Numbered from the stretch's first letter, positions 12,738 through 26,647 are shown. The stretch: DNA of 64,000 nt from Macrostomum hystrix (GCA_950097015.1 CATNEN010000003.1:1426001-1490000); one strand, 5' to 3'. Notes: generated by a model not told the origin, from the sequence alone. Made by a program: numbers and translations.

Positions 12738-12744
12738 ATTTATA
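12738..12744 (-). promoter_or_regulatory. TATA box of peptide gene copy 1
   Basis: TATAAAT about 92 nt upstream of the ATG; conserved in copy 2. Confidence 0.65.
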
Positions 12745-13399
12745 CACTCGGAATCGGCACGTTTTTCCGGTCAGCGGAATGCAGGCTCCGAAATGCCGTC
12801 TTCCACGCGCCCTTGGCCTTTTTAAGTGCTGACCTCACAGTAATACAGTGGTCTAAACCTAAATTAATTTTCAATTGTTATCATTGAACTTGAGAACTGT
12901 TTAGAATTTGCTTTTCTGCTCACTGCATATTAGATGAGGCTCTTTGGTACTGAGAGTTGGCGAGTTCAAAAGCAGCCAAATTGAATGAGAAATTCTCTTA
13001 TTGTCCTCTAACCCAGAAGAGAGCATTGTATTTTCGGTGGCAGATGAGCTGCGCCTCAAGTTTTAGCTGTCTCTGCCAAGGCTAGCTTATTTGTTTCGTT
13101 AATTATTTGTTGGCTCTGACTGAGAAATAAAGAATGGGCTGGCTGTGCCGCTCACTTTTCAAAGCATCTCAGTAACATTTAGAGATTAGATGGGTGACGT
13201 GCGCCGTAGAATAGTTTTTATGATGGTCAACCAGTGCGACACAAATTCAAGCTTAAGCTGATTGTACAGGGGCTCATGGCTCAAGACTGAATCCAAACCT
13301 GATCACTAGGTCTTTACAATATTACTGCATCGTTGAGTGTGCTTAACAAAAATGATAGGAGTACCATAACCATAATTGGTGGCACCCGATTGGGCCAGA

Positions 13400-13510
13400 T
13401 GTGCAGCCAACAGCACTGTCGATACTCATCTGAGGGCTGCGTACGGCTGTTCAGTCAATGGACTGGGGGGAATGCCACAACCACCCTCAATTACCCCAGC
13501 TAATGCTGAT
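13400..13510 (-). mobile_element. Diverged body fragment of the same SINE family
   Basis: GTACGGCTGTTCAGTCAATGGACTGGGG..CACCCTCAATTACCCC resembles 17117-17171. Confidence 0.5.
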
Positions 13511-14075
13511 AAATAAGGCAGTTTACGCAGATTGAAATAATTAGGCAGATAGATTCATTAAGCAAATACGGCAGGTTAAAAAATAAAGGAAAAATATAGC
13601 AATTAGATAGATTACGCAGGTAGATAAATAAGGGGTAGATAAATAAGGCAGGTATATAGATAACGCAGGTAGATAAATAAGGCAGGTAGATAGACTACGC
13701 AGGTAGATAAATTAGGTAGGTAGAAAGATTAGGCAGGTAGATAGATAAAACAAGTAGATAAATAACGCAGGTAGATAGATAAGGCAGGTAGATTGATAAG
13801 GCAGGTAGATAGACTACGTAGGTAGATAAATAAGGCAGGTAGATAGATAACGCAGGTAGATAAATAAGGCAGGTAGATAGATAACGCAGGTAGATAAATA
13901 AGGCAGGTAGATAGATAACGCAGGTAGATAAATTAGGTAGGTAGAAAGATTAGGCAGGTAGATAGATAAAACAAGTAGATAAATAACGCAGGTAGATTGA
14001 TAAGGCAGGTAGATAGACTACGCAGGTAGATTAATAAGACAGGTAGATAGATACTGTAGGAAGATAGATAAGGCA
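13510..14075. repeat. Degenerate GCAGGTAGATA(A/G)ATAA repeat
   Basis: Seen directly; a short copy lies at 15938-16020. Confidence 0.85.
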
Positions 14076-14770
14076 ATTTAGAAAGATCAAACATGTTAAA
14101 ATACAACCAGGTCATTGCTAAAGAATTCATTTTCATCCTTTACTTTCAGCTAAAATTAACTAATATAATTTTTTATTTTCAATATAAAATCTACACTTTG
14201 AAGCACTTATTCATTTTTTATAGCGAGCAATAACAATAATATCGAAGTTCTAGTTAAAACTAACGCAGCGCTCGATTATTTTATCGCTGAAATAAGAAAC
14301 GACTAAATTTTATAAAAGTTAGTCCTTAAGTTCTTGTTGCTGTCCTAGATTTGATATTTTTGTGCTTTTTTATAACAATACAAAAGTGTCGTTTCTAAGA
14401 AACATTTTTGGTATTCTAGTTAGAATCTTAGTTTTTTTGCTAATCTACTTTTGTTCTTGGGAATTTGAAATATCCACATTTTTCTGTCTCCTAAAATATC
14501 TGTCTCCGAAAACCACAAAAATAGTTTAAAATTTCCTGCTCACAAAATTTTATCACGTAATCCTATCGGCTACTATTTTTTACTATTTTGAATTGAATAT
14601 ACGATCGTATTGTCTATTTATACAACTTTGAACCGATATGGATTCGCCAAATAGGTTTCTACTGAGCAATGTTATTTGCCCTTGGCACCTTAAGGGCGCA
14701 AAATTTAGATTCAGATGGTGGACTTTCACAAAAATCGGTTTACGAGCTATCGTGAAGTAGGCAGTGCAGT

Positions 14771-15430
14771 GACTAATTGAGGTTCGTTCTATAAAGACTA
14801 CTAGAGGTTCGTTTAACAAAGACTACTCGAGGTTCGTTCGTTTAACAAAGACTAATTGAGGTTCGTTCTATAAAGACTACTAGAGGTTCGTTTAACAAAG
14901 ACTAATTGAGGTTCGTTCTATAAAGACTACTAGAGGTTCGTTTTAACAAAGACTACTCGAGGTTCGTTCGTTTAACAAAGACTAATTGAGGTTCGTTCTA
15001 TAAAGACTACTAGAGGTTCGTTTAACAAAGACTACTCGAGGTTCGTTCGTTTAACAAAGACTACTCGAGGTTCGTTCGTTTAACAAAGACTAATTGAGGT
15101 TCGTTCTATAAAGACTACTTGAGGTTCGTTTAACAAAGACTACTCGAGGTTCGTTCGTTTAACAAAGACTAATTGAGGTTCGTTCTATAAAGACTACTTG
15201 AGGTTCGTTTAATAAAGACTAATTGAGGTTCGTTCTATAAAGACTACTAGACGTTCGTTTAACAAAGACTACTCGAGGTTCGTTCGTTTAACAAAGACTA
15301 ATTGAGGTTCGTTCTATAAAGACTACTTGAGGTTCGTTTAATAAAGACTAATTGAGATTCGTTCTATAAAGACTACTTGAGTTTCGCTCAACAAAGACTA
15401 ATTGAGGTTCGTTCTACAAAGTCTAATTGA
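14771..15430. repeat. ~25-bp minisatellite (GACTAATTGAGGTTCGTTCTATAAA)
   Basis: Seen directly. Confidence 0.92.
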
Positions 15431-16740
15431 AGCTTGAAGCTGCACTAATGTATATAAAAGATAATAAAATCCACAAGCTTCAATACCATGTGACGATTCA
15501 ATCTACAATGGTGGATTGAGTGGCATGTCTTAGCCATGAATAATGATCGCCGCCATGGTGGAGCGGCAAGCTATTCATGACTACACACGCGTATTATTCT
15601 ATGGCCTAAACGAGTCCCGGAATTTCATCTCTTTTGGGCTTATATCAAACACTGAAACTTCGTCTATGGCCAATCTTTGTAGATAACTTTGAACGGAACG
15701 CAATAATCGTGACACAGTGATTAGGCCATAGAATAATATACATTGTGTACACTCGTATAGATTCATCGTATACCTCAGAGCTGAGCATTCGTTCTCTTGC
15801 TTCTTGTGACTCACCTATTCGAATAGTAAAGACTGTCCGGTTCAAACCGTGATAACTATTCACGAAAAATATCTCGAGAAGAACTTTATCAGTTTGAATA
15901 ACTGTTTTTATTTGCGTAGGTTTTATTTTACTAGCTAAATAAGGCAGGTAGATAAATTAGGTAGGTAGAAAGATTAGGCAGGTAGATAGATAAAACAAGT
16001 AGATAAATAACGCAGGTAGATTCATGCTGGTGCAAATTTTCATCTAGATAATTGAAATACAGCACTATTTTAATTCATTATATAATCTTTTTTGTACCTC
16101 AAATAATGCACTCTCTCAACTTATAGCAGTGTAACGTTTTTGTTTGATCTTTAAATCAGTAAAAGTAAAGCTAAAAATGCAAAAACTTCATACTATACTA
16201 GTATATGGATAATATATATTATAATGCTAATATGGCAAAACAGAGTGTTCACTGTTCATTTTGCACTACAAAGTACAGTAGTTGAATGTACGGGCTGAAA
16301 CTGTTTAGCACAACTGCTCCAGTGCTTTTGACTGCAGCTCTATATTTAGCCTTGACTGGAACATGGAACTATACGCAGGCCACCAAGGAATAATCCAGGG
16401 ATAATCCAGGGAAAATCCAGGGAAAAGGCTTGGACAAGCCGTTGGCTGTAAAGTACATCAATTTTGACGAACATACGACCAAGACAGCAAATGTGAGGAA
16501 TCTATGGAATACTCTCGGATATTTTTATGGCATAGGCAACCCTTTTAATTAACCTGCAAAATACTTTTTTGTTCGTCGCTTGTAGACATTGGTTTAAAAA
16601 CATGTTGCATGTACCAGGACTTGAATGCTTCGCATTTTATCTTTGGGTGCCCCCTTACTAGACATTGTTAAGAACTACAGAAGTTTGGTCCAAATTAAAA
16701 GTAGTTTACTAATTTAACCGCTAATACAGGAGTGGTAAAT

Positions 16741-16783
16741 CTGACTGACTGGCTGACTGACTGACTGACTGACTGACTGACTG
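16741..16783. repeat. (CTGA)n microsatellite
   Basis: Seen directly. Confidence 0.9.
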
Positions 16784-17064
16784 TACTCGTAGTTATCTTG
16801 AGTATCTATCATAAAATTAGTTTCATGCTTAGCTGGACCAACACAAAATAAGGAGATTTAAACAAAAAAATTCAAATTGGCTGAAAAGTGCCATGCAGTG
16901 CCCGACACGATGCTTTTCGTCTAAATGTACTTTTTGCTGTGCGAAATCTGAACGCGCTTAAAGTGGTTAAAACTGCAGACTATGAGATATTCACTAAATG
17001 ATTCCCAATATAGCAATATTTATAAGAAGGAAGTATTAATTACACCTGCCCCAACAAGGACAGA

Positions 17065-17312
17065 TGTGCAGCCGACAGCACAGCTGCAGCTACTGCGCGG
17101 CGCACTTGAAGTCTGCGTACAGCTGTTCAGTCCATGGACTGGGGGACGCTCCACCCACCCTCAATTACCCATCTGATGCTGGTACCCATTTAGCTGAACT
17201 GAAGCAATGCTGACTCAAGTGTCGTGTTAAAGGACACAAATTGTTCCAGTGGTACCTGGAATCGAACCCTCGACCTTCGAGTCATGCGATCGACGCTCTA
17301 AACAATAGGCTC
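17065..17312 (-). mobile_element. tRNA-derived SINE (inverted-duplicate copy)
   Basis: Reverse complement of the element at 2681. Confidence 0.6.
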
Positions 17313-18134
17313 TTTTAGAATGCTTACTAACTAAATGTCTGTAGATAGAATGATTTCAACAAAAACAGTAAATTTACAGAATGCAATTGCAGCAATTTGA
17401 ACACGACAGTGTCTTGGTTACACACGTGATTCATAATTGACTGACGCATTCAGATATTTTATTTTCTGTTCTAATTAAGCAACTTATGCTATCTACATTC
17501 ATACGAATTATTCTGTAAATGCGTCAGTTACGCGTGGTATGTGCTTTGACTGTGACATGGATTTGCGGTCCAAGCACGCGAGTATTTGGCTGGTATATAC
17601 CAAATGTACAGTTAGGTCAGGTATATATTTAGACACTGTACAAGCTTTTCTGACGCGACAGTGAACAAGGAACTCGAAAGTAAAGAACAGAAACTAAATT
17701 TATAATTCGCTCACATGCATTAGACCGAAAATAGATGAGTACTCTTTCCTCAGATGAGTAAATATCAACTATTGTATATTTTGTATATATTGTACAGGGA
17801 ATCCGATTTAAATAGAAAATTGTGAAAACTCAAGAAAAAAATCACAAACAAGCCAATTTATCTGTCATGGATATCTGCATGTCAATAGCACCAACGGACT
17901 TAACAGAGTCATGGAAATGCATATTTCATTTGCACCATACGTATACTAACGAGGGTAGTAGGATACGATGATTCGGGGGACTAAGTGCACTAAGTTTTAC
18001 AGGCTAATTTACAGCAGTTGTATTTCTTTCCACAAAAACAGACATAGGCTGCAGCTAAATAATGCGTGATCGCCTGCAGCTAGACAATGTACCACAAAAA
18101 GGCTTCAGAAAATTAAGTCGAAGTAATTACTCAG

Positions 18135-19929
18135 TTATACATAGATCGAATTTCTTTTCGTGTCGAACATAAACTTACCAGCAGGATTATGTTCACTGTC
18201 TTGCTTTCCTACAGCCTGAGAAGTAGCTGCTTGCTCGGCTGTAGACTGATACTGGCCTTTCTCATTAAGCATCAGGACAGACTCACCCTTAGTCTGACCA
18301 ATCTGCTCGCACACGCCGCCGCGGCTCGAACGGACTGCAGAAGCAGCCGTGCCCTCGCAGTCAAATCTTCTTTTCCGTCGCCGTCCGATCAGCACAGCAG
18401 CTACCGCCAATGCCGCGGCGAGTAGGCAAACGACTGTGCCAGCAAGAGCAAAACCGACTGCTGAATGGCTGTCAGACCTAAAACTCACATCTGAGCCCAT
18501 GTGAGTCTCAAAGCTGGAGGACAGCGGACTCGTTGAGGGGCCTTCTGGAATTTCGGGCAGTCGCAGTTGCTCCACCAAACGCGCCAGCTGGTCGCCGTTG
18601 CATTGCGCGGACCTTCGAACAGAGCGAGTTGCCGTCTCCGGGAAGCTCAGCAGCGACAGCATCGGCCTGCTGCAGCCGTCGAACTCGATCACCGCTTCGT
18701 CTCGATCGGTCACTCTGAGTGAGGCGCACTGGCCAGTAAGTGTGGCTTGAGCTCTGCAATTCAGACAGCCGCATCATCATGAGTCATCACTTCGTCACCT
18801 CAGGAGTGAAATGCTCGAGTCACCACTTCAGCATTGCGTAACCTCCTAAGCGAGGCGAAATTCTCACCTGAAATCAGACGCATTTCCAACCGGCACCAGC
18901 TTGCAGCCGCTCTTGTCACTAACAGCCGAAAGCACTGCGGCTGCGCTCAGGAAAATTCCGAGACGGACTGATTGGTTGAGGTGCAGCGGGCGCGTGTACG
19001 GAAAGTCTCTCATTTTGTCAGTGTCTGAAACAGATAAAGATCAGGCTTTAGCAATGGACTTGAAGGCTTGAGTTGTGTCTGACAATGCTCACTCACTAGC
19101 TCTGATGAAGTCTGCGATCTCAACCATGCTGCTGAAACTGGCGAGCTGTGCGCTGCCTCCGACGCTGGACACCACCTGACTGGTCGTCTGGAGAGCGGTG
19201 GTCACGGCGTAGCAGTTGCCGCGGAAGCTGAGCATGTCTCTGCTGCACACTCCCGGGAGAGGTATCACAATCCTCAGGCTCTGAGCAATGGTCTTCTGTG
19301 CTTTCCTGTCCCAGTTCGCTTGCACTGTAAATTGCATTCTGAAATTGCCAAGCCGAATTACGAGTAAAAAACTAATTTTAAGCAAACAAAAACATGAAAA
19401 GAACCAGTTTCAGACACAAAACCTTGTCTCACCGATCTCTCATTGGTTGGACCAGAAACATCCCGTGACGGAGCACAGTATTTGAGTCGAGCATCATGAG
19501 TCCTTCTGACTGTCCGCTGCCCTGCTCTTCTGTTTCTTCGTTTCCATGGTTACGATCACGCATCTCCAGAACCAGCTGCAGGTCAGGTTGGACCGATCTC
19601 AACCTCACATCCCAGTGACAGCTCATGCGCTCCCGATTCTCGCTTGAAGGTTCGTCAACAACGTGAGGAATGATTGTCTCGTCTCTGTGATAGAAGTCAT
19701 CCAGCTCTAAGGTGACCGTGAGCTCGTTAAGACAGTAACGTTTGTCCGACTTAACTCTGTAATATAGATAAGTGTTAAAAAACGTTTTTAGATCATATCC
19801 AAGCCAGCAGAAATATACTAACTACAGTTTGTATCAACGTTGCTAAAATTTTTGAGTCTATATAATTTGGTCCACCTACCCATTCATCAACGTTAGTAGA
19901 ACGACAAGAGAAACCGACTGTGCGACCAT
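18135..19929 (-). CDS. Type A receptor, copy A2 (inverted duplicate), ~463 aa
   Basis: Exons 19929-19880, 19756-19433, 19338-19097, 19024-18868 and 18753-18135, with the same splice phases as A1. A possible upstream in-frame exon 20070-20038 (MLDIIYFNRAK|GTGAGT) may be coding or UTR. Confidence 0.78.
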
Positions 19930-20626
19930 CTGAAATTTTCAAGCGACAAGCGACTTGGTAAAAACTAGCGTAAGCTGTATTGCGAACCCAAAGCAAAAAA
20001 TGAACTAAGGAACAGCACAGCACACCAATCCACTCACCTTAGCGCGGTTAAAGTAAATAATATCCAGCATGTCGACACAATTTGGATTCTGGCTGCTTTT
20101 AGACAGCTTTCGTTTACGTGTTTGTCATTGTCAGATCTAAATATATACTCTCGAGTGTCTCGACCACGCACACGTATCGTAATGGACGCATAATCCTATT
20201 CGTTTAACTAGGCCGAGAACAATGCGAGTGTTCACTTACCAGGTAAGAAATTTTTGTTCCACATTAATGTTTCCGTCTTGAATAGTTTGTGTATTCCTAA
20301 CAAACAAGAATGGAAATATAAAGAAACGAATTTTCTGCTCTGACTCGTTTACCTTAATTATAGTCGAAAATGAAATTTCATTATCCCGTTATTTATCCCA
20401 AAATGATCCCATCGCTCTTCCAACGAAAAAGTATGATGTTTTTCTCTCGCTTCTCGCCTGATCCTTTGCTCTAATTCAGGACACCTACGACGTCCTTCTC
20501 CGACCTTGGACTCCTTGTTCCCCTGCGACTCTTCCCGATATAATATCTTCTCCCTTCCCAAAACGAATCTCCGCGTGTCAAGCTCCAATCCCAGCTAACA
20601 TTAACATCACCATCCCCTCGAGTCAA

Positions 20627-21088
20627 GGGGGGTCGGTGGCAGAGCGGTTATCGCGTTTGCCTCTCTCACCACGGTAACTAAGTTCGATTCCACGGCGAGG
20701 CCACATTTATTCGGGGCGCAGCCGCGGAGAGAAGGCTTGGGGGCTTGTCGTGCAATTTACGCCCCTGTGGGTCAACCTCCAAGGCACAGTGAAATGTACA
20801 CTGCCTGACGATGAGAAAGTCAGGTACACACCCGTGTGAGCATATGCCTGCGTACGGTATCTGTATGTGTGTGTGCTCAGGAGTCAGCGAAATGGGCAGA
20901 ATTGCCTCCTCGCTGGCTGCGGTTCTAGTTGCACTAAATTGTGTGCCACTGCCCGCAGCCCTCCTGCAATTATTATTATCAATAGTATTATCCCTTCGAG
21001 TCATCACCGCATGCCTTCGGCTCTTAAGACCGTTGGTCAGCATCGCGCCCAGCCGCCTGACGGGAGCTGACGGAACCGCCTGACTACA
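20627..21088 (+). mobile_element. tRNA-derived SINE, second family
   Basis: GGTGGCAGAGCGG A-box and GTTCGATTCC B-box, followed by a GC-rich body that ends at the duplication breakpoint. Confidence 0.55.
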
Positions 21089-22136
21089 AGTGCAAGTGAA
21101 ATATGTATTTCCATGACTCTGTTAAGTCCGTTGGTGCTATTGACGAGCATGCAGATATCCATGACAGATAAATTGGCTTGTTTGTGATTTTTTGCTTGAG
21201 TTTTCAGAATTTTCTATTTAAATCGGATTCCCTGTACAAAAGTTACAAAATAAACTATAGTTGATATTTACTCATCTGAGGAAAGAGTACTCATCTATTT
21301 TCGGTCTAATGCATGTGAGCGAATTATAAATTTAGTTTCTGTTCTTTACTTTCGAGTTCCTTGTTCACTGTCGCGTCAAAAAAGCTTGTACAGTGTCTAA
21401 ATATATACCTGACCTAACTGTACATTTGGTATATGCAGCCAAATACTCGCGTGCTTGGACAGCAAATCCATGTCACAGTCAAAGCACATACCACATACCA
21501 AAAATATCCGAGAGTATTCCATAGATTCCTCACATTCGCTGTCTTAGTCGTATGTGCGTCAAAATTGATGTACTTTACAGCCAACGGCTTGTCCAAGCCT
21601 TTCCCTGGATTTTCCCTGGATTATCCCTGGATTATTCCTTGGTGGCCTGCGTATAGTTCCATGTTCCAGTCAAGGCTAAATATAGAGGTGCAGTCAAAAG
21701 CACTGGAGCAGTTGTGCTAAACAGTTTCAGCCCGTACATTCAACTACTGTACTTTGTAGTGCAAAATGAACAGTGAACATGTTTTGCCATATTTGCATTA
21801 TAATATATATTATCCATATACTAGTATAGTATGAAGTTTTTGCATTTTTAGCTTTACTTTTACTGATTTAAAGATCATACAAAAATGTTACACTGCTAAA
21901 GTTGAGAAAGTCCATTATTTGAGGTACAAAAATGACATGAGGATGACATAAAAAAGGTGGAACTTCATAAAAGTAAATATACGCTAGTGAGCGATAAAAA
22001 TAGCAATACGTACGAAAGAGTACAGTCAAACTTGTAATGGCAGCTAGTAACACCAATTTATAAGCTCAGATTTTATCAGAGCTTCAAGGGCCAGCATCAG
22101 AAAGTGTCAGTAATACTAGGGAATACTGCATTCCTG

Positions 22137-23714
22137 ATGTGTTTCTACATAATTATTTGGACATCGTGTGTGACGCTTGCGTTCGCCTTGCTCATGTAGG
22201 TGGGGAGCTTTCGACGATTTTCTGCTAGCAGACAGAATGCTACAGCAATATTTTTTCCCTCACTCCTGTGCCTTTCAGAGTTGAGTCGGCAAATCATTAC
22301 TGCGTTAAAAAGCTCACAGTCACCTTAGAGCTGGATGACTTCTATCACAGAGACGAGACAATCATTCCTCACGTTGTTGACGAACCTTCAAGCGAGAATC
22401 GGGAGCGCATGAGCTGTCGATGGGATGTGAGGTTGAGATCGGTCCAACCTGACCTGCAGCTGGTTCTGGAGATGCGTGATCGTAACCATGGAAACGAAGA
22501 AACAGAAGAGCAGGGCAGCGGACAGTCAGAAGGACTCATGCTGCTCGACTCAAATACTGTGCTCCGTCATGGGATGTTTCTGGTCCAACCAATGAGAGAT
22601 CGGTGAGACAAGGTTTTGTGTCTGAAACACAATGTGTTCTTTTGTGTTTTGTGTTCTTTTAATGTTTTTGTTTGCTTAAAATTAGTTTTTTAATTCAGCT
22701 TGGCAATTTTAGCATGCACTTTACAGTGCAAGCGAACTGGGACAGGAAAGCACAGAAGCCCATTGCTCAGAGCCTGAGGATTGTGATACCTCTCCCGGGA
22801 GTGTGCAGCAGAGACATGCTCAGCTTCCGCGGCAACTGCTACGCCGTGACCACCGCTCTCCAGACGACCAGTCAGGTGGTGTCCAGCGTCGGAGGCAGCG
22901 CACAGCTCGCCAGTTTCAGCAGCATGGTTGAGATCGCAGACTTCATCAGAGCTAGTGAGTGAGCGATAATCATTCAGGTTGATGGGATTCCATATTCTCC
23001 CTCAATGAAAATATTTCAAACATTGACTTTCAGACAACGCCAGGCTGAACTCTTTTTGCGTACCGGCAGCCGCTGAGTTTGAATCTGCCGGTCCGACTCG
23101 GTCTGTTCCTCGCGTCAGTCGATGGCGCAGTCCTGTCCATCGGCAGGAGTAATGGAAGCTGCGCGCTGCTGCAACAAGTCCCGGCGCTCACGCAGTTTAG
23201 GTAGGCCATGCGGTCCGCTTAGTTCTTAGTTGGGTTCTAATGCCTGGAGGCTTCTGACCAAAATCACTCCTGACATTTCAGGACTATCGACGGTCCGTGC
23301 GCTTCTCTTCGATTTTTAACAGATTCGAACCAGCCGAACGAAGCCGTAGTCGAGTTCGTCAGCTGTAACAGGTCGATGCTGTCGCTTTTGAACTTCCGGG
23401 AGACTTCCCTGGAGAGTACCCAGCACTGTACCGATGTAAATGGGAGCCATTTTGATAACCAGCTTGCAGAGCTTGAGAAAATATTTCTAGAATTCAATTT
23501 CAACGGAAGTAATGCCAGTTCCAATTCTACGAGTACAGACTACTGGAATTTACACAGTGACGCTTCTGTCCTGAAATCGCACTTCTCTATGATGGCATAC
23601 ATTCTTCTCGCTTACGCTGCAATAGCTGCTGCTTTAGTGATTTTACGAAGGGTTTGCAGCCATAAAAACAATAGTTACTCGAGTGTGCATCAGGCTGCTA
23701 TGCAGACAGTTTGA
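22137..23714 (+). pseudogene. Type B receptor copy B2 with +1 frameshift in exon 4
   Basis: Exons 22137-22195, 22279-22602, 22713-22954, 23034-23200 and 23282-23714. At ~23051 AAC TCTTTTTGCG TAC replaces B1 AAC TCGTTTCGG TAC (10 vs 9 nt). The offset to B1 changes from 18271 to 18272 and the frame ends at TAA 23150-23152. Confidence 0.65.
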
Positions 23715-23976
23715 CATTTTCCTATTTGTATCCTAAATAGTTCACTTGGCACAAGCCTCAGTAGGGTCGCTAGGAACCTGACTTCTCACAAAAAATAATA
23801 TATGATTATATTTTGCTAATTATTATTATTATTTTAAATATTATTCTTATTATATTTATTATTATTTTTATTATTATTATTATTATTATTATTACTTTTT
23901 TATTATTTTTATTGTTATTATAAAGTGCGCACTCAAAAGATTTTCTTTATTTTTTCAATCGCAACTGCGAGAAGGC

Positions 23977-25627
23977 ACTTACAACCGGATCTAATTTCAC
24001 TTAACAACCGGATCTAATTTCACTTAACAACCGGATCTCATTTCACTTAACAACCGGATCTAATTTCACTTAACAACCGGATCTAATTTCACTTAACAAC
24101 CGGATCTAATTTCACTTAACAACCGGATCTAATTTCACTTAAAAACCGAATCTAATTTCACTTAACAACCGGATCTAATTTCACTTAACAACCGGATCTA
24201 ATTTCACTTAAAAACCGAATCTAATTTCACTTAACAACCGGATCTAATTTCACTTAACAACCGGATCTAACTTCACTTAACAGCGGAATCTAATTTCACT
24301 TAACAACCGAATCTAATTTCACTTAACAACCGAATCTAATTTCACTTAACAACCGAATCTAATTTCATTTAACAACGGAATCTAATTTCACTTAACAACC
24401 GGATCTAATTTCACTTAACAGCGGAATCTAATTTCACTTAACAACCGGATCTAATTTCACTTAACAACCGGATCTAATTTCACTTAATTACCGGATCTAA
24501 TTTCACTTAAGAACCGAATCTAATTTCACTTAACAACGGAATCTAATTTCACTTAACAACCGGATCTAATTTCACTTAACAACCGGATCTAATTTCACTT
24601 AACAACCGGATCTAATTTCACTTAAAAACCGAATTTAATTTCACTTAACAACCGAATCTAATTTCACTTAACAACCGGATCTAATTTCACTTAACAATGG
24701 AATCTAATTTCACTTAACAACCGAATCTAATTTCACTTAACAATCGAATCTAATTTCACTTAACAACCGGATCTAATTTCACTTAACAACCGAATCTAAT
24801 TTCACTTAACAACCGAATCTAATTTCACTTAACAACCGAATCTGATTTCACTTAACAACCGGATCTAATTTCCCTTAACAACCGGATCTAATTTCACTTA
24901 ACAACCGGATCTAATTTCACTTAACAACCGAATCTAATTTCACTTAACAACCGGATCTAATTTCCCTTAACAACCGGATCTAATTTCACTTAACAACCGG
25001 ATCTAATTTCACTTAACAACCGAATCTAATTTCACTTAACAACCGGATCTCATTTCACTTAACAACCGGATCTAATTTCACTTAACAACCGGATCTAATT
25101 TCACTTAACAACCGGATCTAATTTCACTTAACAACCAGATCTAATTTCCCTTAACAACCGGATCTAATTTCACTTAACAACCGGATCTAATTTCACTTAA
25201 CAACCGAATCTAATTTCACTTAACAACCGGATCTAATTTCACTTAACAACCGGATCTAATTCACTTAATAACCGAATCTAATTTCACTTAACCACCGGAT
25301 CTAATTTCACTTAACAACGGAATCTAATTTCACTTAACAACCGAATCTAATTTCACTTAACAACGGAATCTAATTTCACTTAACAACCGGATCTAATTTC
25401 ACTTAACAACCGGATCTAATTTCACTTAACAACCGGATCTAATTTCACTTAACAACCGAATCTAATTTCACTTAACAACGGAATCTAATTTCACTTAACA
25501 ACCGGATCTAATTTCACTTAACAACCGGATCTAATTTCACTTAACAACCGGATCTAATTTCACTTAACAACGGAATCTAATTTCACTTAACAATTCCGGA
25601 TCTAATTTCACTTAACAACCGAATCTA
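23977..25627. repeat. 23-bp minisatellite, ~72 units
   Basis: Seen directly; same unit as 5705. Confidence 0.95.
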
Positions 25628-25840
25628 AAAGGCGAAAAACGAAAGCAAAAGCGAACGCAGAAAAGACACGCAGAACGAAAAGTTTTTCTTGGTGAAAAAA
25701 TATGTTGTTAAATATTGAATTAATTTTTAGGCATAAAATCACATTTTTTGTATTGTCACTTATATTGTTTTCTAGATTTCTCTACCTTTTGTGTCCAGAA
25801 TCTTGTAAATTCAGCTTCAAATTTCAAATTCTTGTAAATT

Positions 25841-26383
25841 CAACAAGTCCCGGCGCTCACGCAGTTTAGGTAGGCCATGCGGTCCGCTTAGTTCTTAGTT
25901 GGGTTCTAATGCCTGGAGGCTTCTGACCAAAATCACTCCTGACATTTCAGGACTATCGACGGTCCGTGCGCTTCTCTTCGATTTTTAACAGATTCGAACC
26001 AGCCGAACGAAGCCGTAGTCGAGTTCGTCAGCTGTAACAGGTCGATGCTGTCGCTTTTGAACTTCCGGGAGACTTCCCTGGAGAGTACCCAGCACTGTAC
26101 CGATGTAAATGGGAGCCATTTTGATAACCAGCTTGCAGAGCTTGAGAAAATATTTCTAGAATTCAATTTCAACGGAAGTAATGCCAGTTCCAATTCTACG
26201 AGTACAGACTACTGGAATTTACACAGTGACGCTTCTGTCCTGAAATCGCACTTCTCTATGATGGCATACATTCTTCTCGCTTACGCTGCAATAGCTGCTG
26301 CTTTAGTGATTTTACGAAGGGTTTGCAGCCATAAAAACAATAGTTACTCGAGTGTGCATCAGGCTGCTATGCAGACAGTTTGA
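25841..26383 (+). pseudogene. 3' fragment of type B receptor (end of exon 4, intron 4, exon 5)
   Basis: Matches 23172-23714 at offset 2669. It begins mid-exon at a tandem-duplication junction. Confidence 0.8.
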
Positions 26384-26647
26384 CATTTTCCTATTCGTAT
26401 CCTAAATAGTTCACTAGGCACAATTGCCTCAATAGGGTCGCTAGGAACCTGACTTCTCACAAAAAAATAATATATGATTATATTTTGCTAATTATTATTA
26501 TTATTTTAAATATTATTCTTATTATATTTATTATTATTTTTATTATTATTATTATTATTATTATTACTTTTTTATTATTTTTATTGTTATTATAAAGTGC
26601 GCACTCAAAAGATTTTCTTTATTTTTTCAATCGCAACTGCGAGAAGG

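Larger units (their letters stand above)
16090..20012 (-). repeat. Inverted duplication of ~1-3690
   Basis: 16783-20012 is the reverse complement of 1-3212, and 16090-16536 is the reverse complement of ~3240-3690. Confidence 0.9.
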
